Below, piece by piece: positions 36,438-43,550 of a DNA stretch of 64,000 bases; within the stretch, counting starts at the first letter, position 1, and each line of letters starts with the position of its first letter. The translations under genes and the position numbers were made by a program. The stretch is from an uncultured Verrucomicrobiota bacterium (GTDB lineage: Bacteria; Verrucomicrobiota; Kiritimatiellia; CAIKKV01; CAYSLU01). The stretch covers positions 3,824-67,823 of the forward strand of contig CAYSLU010000004.1 of NCBI GenBank assembly GCA_964431965.1. The letters run 5' to 3'. A model generated the notes under the pieces. That model was given only the letters and a program-made list of their open reading frames with translations, had not been told where the DNA came from and made no database searches.

Positions 36438-36810
36438 GCGCGTGGAGGGACAGGCGACTACTCTGCGGTCCCTTCAGTTCGTGCCGCTCGGCGGCACCGC
36501 GAAGGGCTTGTGCCCGGACACGGTGGCTGTCCTGGCAGACGGATACGACCAGATGCAGGAGAGCGGATACTTCTCGAAGTCCTGAAGGGCGGCGGCGATC
36601 TCTTGGCGGTGGTCGGGCATTTGAGAAGCGGGAGGGTTGATTTTCGATTGTTGACTGGCGGAGACAGTATCTTCTTTTCTACCCTCTTGAGAGGGTAATA
36701 CCCTATCTCCTCAGACGGCGGGATGATAGGTAGTTCCGTACGCAGTTCAATGGGTAGTACCTGATTCCACGCTCCGTATTACCCAATAAATTACCGATTA
36801 ACATTACCGA

Positions 36811-37854
36811 TTACCCAATACGCCGCCATTTCGCATGCTTACCACGGCCAAGACACTTCACTCTGCTATCTAACCGCATATCCTTCAATATCTTGCGAAT
36901 CATGTCCAGGCTGACTTCCGGACATCGTTTCTGAAGCTCGGTTACGTGAAACTCCCCCGCGAAGCTTGCGATCGCTTGGTGGACGACGGCGGTCTTGTCG
37001 CCCACAGGCAGAGACGTGTCTTCGTACCGCGACTCGAACTCTCGATACACTTCCTTCAGGGTGAACAGGAGGTAGTTGGCGTACGGCCAGATGCTGTGTT
37101 TGCCTTCGTGCCAACCTTGGGAACTCTGTTGGAGGGTTTCGTAGTACCGGGCCTTGCTCTGCTCGATGGTTCGCTCAAGGCTGATGTACCGGCCGGCCGT
37201 GAAGCCCTGATGGTAGAGCGAAAGCAGGAGAAGCAGTCGGGATACGCGTCCGTTGCCGTCGCGGAATGGGTGGATGCATAGAAAATCGAGGTTCATGGCG
37301 GCCCAGACGATCAGCGCAGGCACTTCATGCTCCTTGATCAACCGATCGAAGATCTCGCAGGTGTGCGCCACGGCCGCCGGGGTTTCCCTGGCCGTCATCG
37401 GTTTGAACCGCAGCGTGACATGGCCGTCCGGGTGTTTCTCGATGATCTCGCCATCCTGCGCCTTGAGCTTGCCGCTGTCGTAGCCTTCCGGGTGACTCAA
37501 CTCATGCAAACGAAGGACTGTCTCAACGGTCAGCGGCAGTCGTTCCGCTTCAGCATGGATCCATGCCAATGCAGACTGATACCCCCGAACTTCCTGTTCG
37601 TTCCGATCGCGAAGGATGCCCTTGCCGAAGACCACGGTGCCGACCCGCCGCCGATCAATCTCAACACCTTCGATCCGGTTGGACGCCACCGCGCTTTCGA
37701 TGATGGCGTTCTCGCGCAAGCGGGCGAGTTTCTGCGGGGACTGCTTCGTAAACAGCTCCTGCTTACCTCGGTACTCGGCCAGTTCGTTCAGGAGCCAGAC
37801 CGTGGCCATTGGGATCTGGGGTGGTTGACGGAGAAGCAGTTCGAGGGTTCTCAC
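36811..37854 (-). CDS. fic: Fic family protein (class II, with Fic_N inhibitory helix and C-terminal wHTH-like tail)
   Basis: Canonical Fic motif HPFRDGNGRVSRLL. The N-terminal Fic_N region carries the S-xxx-E-G inhibitory motif (ASNRIEGV). Local GC is clearly lower than in the flanks. GTG start in the track, alternative ATG at 37809. Confidence 0.85.
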   Translation of the reverse strand: MRTLELLLRQPPQIPMATVWLLNELAEYRGKQELFTKQSPQKLARLRENAIIESAVASNRIEGVEIDRRRVGTVVFGKGILRDRNEQEVRGYQSALAWIHAEAERLPLTVETVLRLHELSHPEGYDSGKLKAQDGEIIEKHPDGHVTLRFKPMTARETPAAVAHTCEIFDRLIKEHEVPALIVWAAMNLDFLCIHPFRDGNGRVSRLLLLLSLYHQGFTAGRYISLERTIEQSKARYYETLQQSSQGWHEGKHSIWPYANYLLFTLKEVYREFESRYEDTSLPVGDKTAVVHQAIASFAGEFHVTELQKRCPEVSLDMIRKILKDMRLDSRVKCLGRGKHAKWRRIG

Positions 37855-38259
37855 GATGGGCGATTTTCGAGGTTCGATTGTTGCTTGCTCAGACGGGTGG
37901 TCTTGGCGGCGGAGGTGAAGATGGCGGTGAGTTCGTTGGCTTCAGTCAGCAATGGGGTCACGAGTTTCTCCGCGAGGAGGCCTCCATCGACTTGCCCTGT
38001 GCGGTCTCCTGATCGAACAACTGACAGAGCGCGTCGTAGGGCTCGGTCTTCCCGAGCGCGAGTTCGCGGAAGAGGCTCAGAATCGTCCTGGTCTGGGTGA
38101 AGGCGCGGCGGACCCGCCCGTCCGCGCCATGGGCCGCAGGGCTGCCACCCTGGCTCTGTGATCCCTTAGTCACACTGGGGGGCACTCTACTCCGCGGTCG
38201 TGGTTCAGTCCAGTCCGTGGCGGGACAGGCGTTGAACCGACGCCCGCCCCCGCCGCCGG

Positions 38260-39960
38260 TCATGCGTGGTCAAGGAGCACGTCGCCGGGGATCCAGCAGT
38301 GCGCGCCGCTCGCATGCTCCGCGAAGGGCTCGAGTTCGAGCGCGCCGCCGGCGGACCAGCGGAGTCGCCACCGGCCGGCATCCGACTCCACGGCGGGCAG
38401 CTCCGCCGGTCCGGCGCCCATCGAGAGGAGCCAGAGCCCGGCCAGCCGCTTCGGCGCCGCGCCAGACCACGTGTACGCATGGTCCCAGCGCCACTCGCGC
38501 TCACCCGCCGCGCCGCAGGACGACCGCACGTCTCCTTCGAGCGGTCGGAAGGCGAGCGTGAGGACAGACGCGCCATAGTCCAGCAGCACGCGCTGCCAGC
38601 CGCCGGTTTCCTCGGCCGCCGGTGAACTCACCGTGGCGGACACCAGGCGGAACCGGTCAGTCACACACGGCCAGCCGGGCGCAACGGCATCCAAGCGGCG
38701 AAGCGCCAGGAAGACCGATCCTCGGCGAAAGCCGAACGTGCGACCCACGGCCGCCTCGGGGCAGTCGTCCGAGAGCACGCACGACGGTCGGTCGTGCCGC
38801 CCGCGCGCCGGCAGGGCGCGCACAGTCCCGCGCTCCTCTGCTTCCCACTGCAGGTAGCCCCAGTCGCCGCGCCGGTGGTGGAACGCGACCGGCATGCTCT
38901 GCCAGTGCAGGCCCCACCCGGTGTGGTCGGTGTCCTCCATCACGGGATACCGCGACATCACGCCGATCCGCCAGTCAGGCTCAACCTGGGCCAGCGCGAC
39001 GGCGCCGTCGTAGCAGGCGATCTCCACGGCGCCCCCCGGCGCGCGAGCCGCTCCGAGCCGCTCGCGGAGCCCGCGCCGGTGCGCCAGCGCGGCCATGCAC
39101 TGGAAGCTCGCGCCGGCCTCGCGGACGGCCGCATCGACCATCAGGTCGCGGTACGGCCGGCACCACCCCTCTCGGCGCTCAGGCGTCCAGGGCGACTCCT
39201 GCATCGAGTAGCACCGGATGGTCGGAACGCGCGGCCCGCCCGCATAGGTCATGTCGATGTCGTCCAGCTCGCGCAGCAGGGCCTCGACGACGGCCGCCGT
39301 TTCGGGCGGCAGACGCTTCGCCAGCAGGAGCAGCGCGACCAGCTCGCCCTGCGCAACCTTGGCGTACAGGTCGCTCAGGTGCTCGCCCCAGCCCCACTCG
39401 CGGTCGCGCCAGTAGGCCACCGCCCGCGCCATCATCTCCTCAACGGCGGGGTCGTTTCGCTCCTCGAACAGCTCCATCAGCAGCCAGCGGCAGACCAGAT
39501 CGCCGAGGCACATGTTCGGATAGCGCAGCCGGCTCTCGTCCAGCCCGTCGGTCTGCCGGCGGAACCAGTGGACGCAGTCGCGCAGCATCTCGTCCAGCAC
39601 CGCCAGATCGTCCGGCGCCAGCAGGCGCCCGGACTCGATCCGCAGCATCAGAAGGCCCAGCCCGGTGAAGAAGCCGCTGTTGGTGTCGGTAACCCCGACG
39701 TCCTCCCACTTCCACCAGAAGCAGCCGCGCTTATCGCCGTCCCGCACTTGCGCCTCTCGGATCCGGCGCAGAGCGCGGCCGGCCGGCACCCGATCCAAAG
39801 CGCCGTCAATGCCGGCGGATGCCAGCCGCCACGCGCTGGCCCGGATGATGTGGACGGGATCGGGCTTGCCGGTCTTGCCGTCCTCGTGCTGAACCCAGAG
39901 CCCCACGTCCTCATCCCAGCCGGCCAGGTAGGACACCGATGGATCCGACGGTCGCGTCAT
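38260..39960 (-). CDS. Hypothetical protein (Trp-rich, possibly alpha/alpha-toroid glycan-processing enzyme)
   Basis: 566 aa ORF with normal composition and no signal peptide. Function not recognised. Confidence 0.45.
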   Translation of the reverse strand: MTRPSDPSVSYLAGWDEDVGLWVQHEDGKTGKPDPVHIIRASAWRLASAGIDGALDRVPAGRALRRIREAQVRDGDKRGCFWWKWEDVGVTDTNSGFFTGLGLLMLRIESGRLLAPDDLAVLDEMLRDCVHWFRRQTDGLDESRLRYPNMCLGDLVCRWLLMELFEERNDPAVEEMMARAVAYWRDREWGWGEHLSDLYAKVAQGELVALLLLAKRLPPETAAVVEALLRELDDIDMTYAGGPRVPTIRCYSMQESPWTPERREGWCRPYRDLMVDAAVREAGASFQCMAALAHRRGLRERLGAARAPGGAVEIACYDGAVALAQVEPDWRIGVMSRYPVMEDTDHTGWGLHWQSMPVAFHHRRGDWGYLQWEAEERGTVRALPARGRHDRPSCVLSDDCPEAAVGRTFGFRRGSVFLALRRLDAVAPGWPCVTDRFRLVSATVSSPAAEETGGWQRVLLDYGASVLTLAFRPLEGDVRSSCGAAGEREWRWDHAYTWSGAAPKRLAGLWLLSMGAGPAELPAVESDAGRWRLRWSAGGALELEPFAEHASGAHCWIPGDVLLDHA

Positions 39961-39974
39961 ATGCTCCTCATTCG

Positions 39975-40070
39975 CGGGCGGCGAGGCCTCCGCCCCTCCC
40001 GCCGCGCGACTCTCGGCTGCCGCGCGATCTCAATCCCTCAACGGGCCAGCCCGCGGCCTCGCCGGGCCTG
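39975..40070 (+). repeat. REP-like element, degenerate copy D
   Basis: GGGCGGCGAGGCCTCCGCCCCTCCCGCCG...CAGCCCGCGGCCTCGCCGGGCCTG aligns with the three copies at 42.7-43.5 kb. Lies in the intergenic region between two minus-strand genes. Confidence 0.5.
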
Positions 40071-40087
40071 ACCATGGCAGGAGCGAC

Positions 40088-42643
40088 TCACCGCGGGCGG
40101 TCGGCCGCACCGCTGATCCGGATCTCGCGCTCGAGCCACAGCCGTTTCTCATCCCGTGGCACGGACGCGCGAGCGGTCTCAACGGAAACGCGCAGCATGC
40201 CGTCCGCCAGCCTCACGCTCCCGCCGATGATCGCCGGGGCCACGTACCGGTCGTCTACGACGCAGCCCGCCGACGGCAGCGCCACCCGCAGCGCAGTCGT
40301 GCTCGCGGGCAGCCGGCCAACCAGCACGCGACGCGGCTTGCCTGCCTTCTGGCCCTTCACGCGCGCGGGCACCTCATTGGAGGGGGAGAACGCCACCGCG
40401 GTCCAGACACCGGAGGTTGACATCGCCTCAATCGCGACGCCGGTGACGTTGGTGCCGACCGCGTATTCCGTGACGTGCGCACAGCGCGTGAAGTCGTTGC
40501 CCGGCAGCCGGCTGATCGCCTGCGAGCCGACGGTGATGCGGATCACGCCGTCCTCCGTCAGCTCCACGCGCTTGCTCGCGCTCTGCTTCACGCTCGATCC
40601 GGAAACATGATCCGTGTCCATCGTCACAGACGTTTCGGTCGGCACGCCCGAGACCATGCCGTAGGTCCAGGATGGATACACCCGCTCCACGGCTCCGCCG
40701 ACCGCGGGCCATCCTTCTTCGTCGGTGTTGGACGACACCCGCAGCAGGGGCCGGCCGCGGAACTCGATCTGCCGGATGCGCAGGCCGATGGCCGACGCAA
40801 CGCGGACCGCGACGTCGCCGCGCCGGAGCGTAACCAGCGGCCCTCCGTGCGAGGCGAGGAACAGCTCGTGGTAGTGGCGGTATGCGCCCCACTCGCGCGG
40901 GCTCGCCTGGCGCGCGTGCTGGCAAAGCCGCAGCGCGCGGTCGAACGTCCAGCCGCCCGCCGCCACGTTGGTGAGGTCCGGGCGGATCAGCCGCCCGTCG
41001 GCCTCGGCCAGCGGGCCGGGCCGCCACAGGTCGAACGCGTCCAGGCTGACGGCGGCCTCCTCGACCCGGCGGGCATAGGGCTCGCGGCCGGCGGAGAGCC
41101 GGCGCGCGTCGTCCATGAGCCCGCGCTGCTTCGCCATGCGCTCGCGCCCGAGGTACGCGCGGGCGATCGGCCCGCGCTCAGCGAACTCGTCGAGGTGGAC
41201 CTGGTTCGTGAGCGCCGTAGCGGCGGCGTCCTCCAGGTCGGCCACGTACGCGAGGAGCGGCGCGGCGGCCGGCCCATAGTAGCCCGCGCAGAACTCGCGC
41301 ACGAGCGCATCCGGATCGCCCGCCGGATCCCACAGGAGGTGGCGCCAGACGTAGTTCTTCAGCACCACGAGATCGCCGCCGGTCGATACGTAGTTGCCCT
41401 GGATGATCAGGCCGCCGACGCCCGACTCGGCGTAGTACCGCATGTTCGCGGCAATCGAGCGGATGACCGGAAACGGGTACATGAAGTTGTCGCCGAAGTT
41501 GACGGCGTAGTCCCAGACGTGCACGCGACCCGGCGCCAGCTGGCCCCACTTCCGCAGGTTGGCCGCGTACCCCGCGTTGTCCGGACAGTCGCGAACTCCG
41601 TGGATGATGCAGTGCCGCAGGTGGGGGACGCGGGCGACGACGTTCGAGCGCGGCACGGTGAGCGTCGGCGGCGCCTCCATGCTCATGTACGGCATGGTCC
41701 CCACCTGGATGCCCGGAAACTGCGCGTCGAGGATCTCGGCCACGCGGTTGATCATCCGGAGGTTCGTGCCGCCGATGATTCCGCGCCGCTTGCCCTCCTT
41801 GTCCGTCCATCCCTCCTCGAGATAGATCGCCTCGCACCGCTCGCACTCGCACGCGCCGCCGTAGGCGTCGCCCATGCCGGCCATGTAGATCCAGTCGCGC
41901 ACGTTGCCCTTGCGCTGGCGCACCTGCGCGGCCAGCGCGGCCGCCACGGCGTCGGCGATGCCGGGCGCGCTGTAGCAGAAGTGGATCTGGTTCGCCGCGC
42001 GGCGGCCGGTCTTGCGACTGAACGGCAGGATCTCGGGATGGGAGGCCGCGTACGACTCGAGCAGCGCGTTGAGCGTGTGCCCGCCCGTCCAATCCTGCGT
42101 GCTGAAGCTGCGCGCCTTGAAGCGGAAGCCTCCGTCCTTGGACTCCGCCTCGCGGTTCATGAGCAGCATCTGCCGGAAGGGCGGGCGCTTCACCGTCTCG
42201 CCGGGATCCAGCCGGACCGTCGGCGAGCGCGGCACATCCTCCTCGGTCGCGGACCACCAGCGGCACCCGAGCCGGTCCTCGAGGAACGCGAACACGCCGA
42301 ACCGCACGCCGGTTCGCGTAGCGCCGCCGATTTCGAGGCTCTCCTCCGATACCCGGATCGCATAGGCGTCGCCCGAGCCCGTCCAGTCGCGCCCGTCGGG
42401 ATAGCCGACGCGGATGCTCCGGCCCGCCGCCGGTGGCTCGTTCGTGCGCACGGCGAACGCGGCGCCGGATATTCGCTCCAGGTACTGCGCCAGGTTGGTG
42501 GCCGCCTCCGCGTGCCCCCTCGCCGCGAAGATCGGGCACGCGTTCGTCCCGTTCTCGACCAGCACGAGGCCGGGACCGGGCGCGGCCAGCGCCGTCGCGG
42601 CGACTGTGGCGATGACGATTGCAGTCTTGGCTATCAGATGCAT
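40088..42643 (-). CDS. DUF4838-like putative glycoside hydrolase; paralog 3 of 3
   Basis: The track ORF is 40088..42892. Start trimmed to the ATG at 42643 (MHLIAKTAIVIATVAATALAAPG, a signal peptide). The upstream extension is a translation of REP repeats. Conserved FAFLEDRLGCRWW block. Cys-rich segment GGACECERCEAIY. Confidence 0.65.
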   Translation of the reverse strand: MHLIAKTAIVIATVAATALAAPGPGLVLVENGTNACPIFAARGHAEAATNLAQYLERISGAAFAVRTNEPPAAGRSIRVGYPDGRDWTGSGDAYAIRVSEESLEIGGATRTGVRFGVFAFLEDRLGCRWWSATEEDVPRSPTVRLDPGETVKRPPFRQMLLMNREAESKDGGFRFKARSFSTQDWTGGHTLNALLESYAASHPEILPFSRKTGRRAANQIHFCYSAPGIADAVAAALAAQVRQRKGNVRDWIYMAGMGDAYGGACECERCEAIYLEEGWTDKEGKRRGIIGGTNLRMINRVAEILDAQFPGIQVGTMPYMSMEAPPTLTVPRSNVVARVPHLRHCIIHGVRDCPDNAGYAANLRKWGQLAPGRVHVWDYAVNFGDNFMYPFPVIRSIAANMRYYAESGVGGLIIQGNYVSTGGDLVVLKNYVWRHLLWDPAGDPDALVREFCAGYYGPAAAPLLAYVADLEDAAATALTNQVHLDEFAERGPIARAYLGRERMAKQRGLMDDARRLSAGREPYARRVEEAAVSLDAFDLWRPGPLAEADGRLIRPDLTNVAAGGWTFDRALRLCQHARQASPREWGAYRHYHELFLASHGGPLVTLRRGDVAVRVASAIGLRIRQIEFRGRPLLRVSSNTDEEGWPAVGGAVERVYPSWTYGMVSGVPTETSVTMDTDHVSGSSVKQSASKRVELTEDGVIRITVGSQAISRLPGNDFTRCAHVTEYAVGTNVTGVAIEAMSTSGVWTAVAFSPSNEVPARVKGQKAGKPRRVLVGRLPASTTALRVALPSAGCVVDDRYVAPAIIGGSVRLADGMLRVSVETARASVPRDEKRLWLEREIRISGAADRPR

Positions 42644-42687
42644 TTGCACGCTCTTCCCTCGGGCGCAAGCCTTCAGCGCACCACTTG

Positions 42688-42780
42688 CGGGCGGCGGGGC
42701 CGCCGCCCCTCCCGCCGTTCGGCTCTCCGCAACCGCGGATCTCACCCCTCGCCGGGACGGCCCGTGGCCCCGCGGGCCTG
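42688..42780 (+). repeat. REP-like element copy A (about 95 bp, two GC-rich hairpins)
   Basis: CGGGCGGCGGGGCCGCCGCCCCTCCCGCCGTTCGGCTCTCCGCAACCGCGGATCTCACCCCTCGCCGGGACGGCCCGTGGCCCCGCGGGCCTG. Hairpin 1 is GGCGGCGG/CCGCCGCC. Hairpin 2 is GGCCCG...CGGGCC. Confidence 0.7.
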
Positions 42781-42826
42781 ACTCTGTCCAGAGCCAGCCA
42801 GGCTCGCGCCTCCTGCGCTCCGTCCA

Positions 42827-42920
42827 CGGGCGGCGGGGCCGCCGCCCCTCCCGCCGTGCGGCTCTCCGCAACCGCGCGATCTCAGCCCTCACCGGGACGG
42901 CCCGCGGCCTCGCGGGCCTG
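42827..42920 (+). repeat. REP-like element copy B
   Basis: Near-identical to copy A, same orientation, 46 bp downstream of it. Confidence 0.7.
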
Positions 42921-42955
42921 CTCCTGTCCAGACCACGCCAAGCATGCGCGATCCA

Positions 42956-43429
42956 TCACCACCGCAGTTCGTTCAGCGTTCCCTGATATGCCCATTCTTC
43001 CGGTTGCGTAACCAACCCCCGACGCACTGGATTCCGCATCACGTAATCCCATTTCATTTCGTAGTGGTGCACGTGTCGGAGCTGCGTATCCCAGCAGTCG
43101 CGCATCCATAACGGCCGAACCTCGGGGATCTCTCGGCTGACCATGCGTTTCCAGAATCCGACCCATTCCTTGACGCCTTCCGTGTCCGGCTGTGCCGGGG
43201 AACAGAAGAGATGCACATGCTCCGGCATCACGACGTAGCGTCCGACACTCCAGCGGCGCGCCGCCGCCCACTGGCTTCTCAGAAGCTGATGCATCCGGTC
43301 GTTCGCCAGGACAGGCCGCCGATCCTTGCTGCAAACCGTCACGAACACGATGACCGGCTGATTCCACCGTTCGATGTTCGGCATGTGCGCCGGACGGTGA
43401 CGCCGCTGTTGTGTGCCTTGCTCAGTCAT
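42956..43429 (-). CDS. REP-associated tyrosine transposase (RAYT, IS200/IS605-like Y1 transposase family)
   Basis: HuH motif VMPEHVHLFCSP. C-terminal CWDTQLRHVHHYEMKWDYVMRNPVRRGLV resembles the RAYT helix region (FWDHxIR...DYIHYNPVKHGLV). The track ORF extends to 43513 through REP copy C. The likely start is the internal Met (MTEQ..., about 43429) or MPNIERW (about 43384). Exact coordinate is uncertain by a few nt. Confidence 0.7.
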   Translation of the reverse strand: MTEQGTQQRRHRPAHMPNIERWNQPVIVFVTVCSKDRRPVLANDRMHQLLRSQWAAARRWSVGRYVVMPEHVHLFCSPAQPDTEGVKEWVGFWKRMVSREIPEVRPLWMRDCWDTQLRHVHHYEMKWDYVMRNPVRRGLVTQPEEWAYQGTLNELRW

Positions 43430-43455
43430 GTGCCCAAACTTACGCCTGTCACTCT

Positions 43456-43548
43456 CGGGCGGCGGGGCCGCCGCCCCTCCCGCCGTTCGGCGCTCCGCAA
43501 CCGCGGATCTCACCCCTCACCGGGACGGCCCGTGGCCCCGCGGGCCTC
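43456..43548 (+). repeat. REP-like element copy C
   Basis: CGGGCGGCGGGGCCGCCGCCCCTCCCGCCGTTCGGCGCTCCGCAACCGCGGATCTCACCCCTCACCGGGACGGCCCGTGGCCCCGCGGGCCT. Same orientation as A and B. Lies immediately upstream of the RAYT start. Confidence 0.7.
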
Positions 43549-43550
43549 GG

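Larger units (their letters stand above)
42688..43548. mobile_element. REP-associated tyrosine transposase locus: REP(A)-REP(B)-RAYT gene-REP(C)
   Basis: An IS200/IS605-like Y1 transposase homolog flanked by three near-identical REP-like elements, with a fourth degenerate copy 2.7 kb away. No IS terminal structures. Confidence 0.6.

Noticed and set aside
36683-36698. Hairpin ACCCTC-TTGA-GAGGGT downstream of fic, a possible terminator
   Set aside because: No U-tract on either strand. It may be structural, but it is not a canonical intrinsic terminator.
37855-38263. 101-aa minus ORF and an alternative-frame reading upstream of fic that could be a small antitoxin
   Set aside because: No start codon or RBS in a sensible position, Arg-rich N-terminus, and no resemblance to known Fic antitoxins. 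The Fic protein carries its own inhibitory helix, so a partner is not required.
42414-43011. Short ORFs (60-190 aa) across the REP copies with recurring peptide RTAGGAAAPPP
   Set aside because: They are translations of the repeated GC-rich REP element in different frames. Identical nucleotide repeats, not coding.
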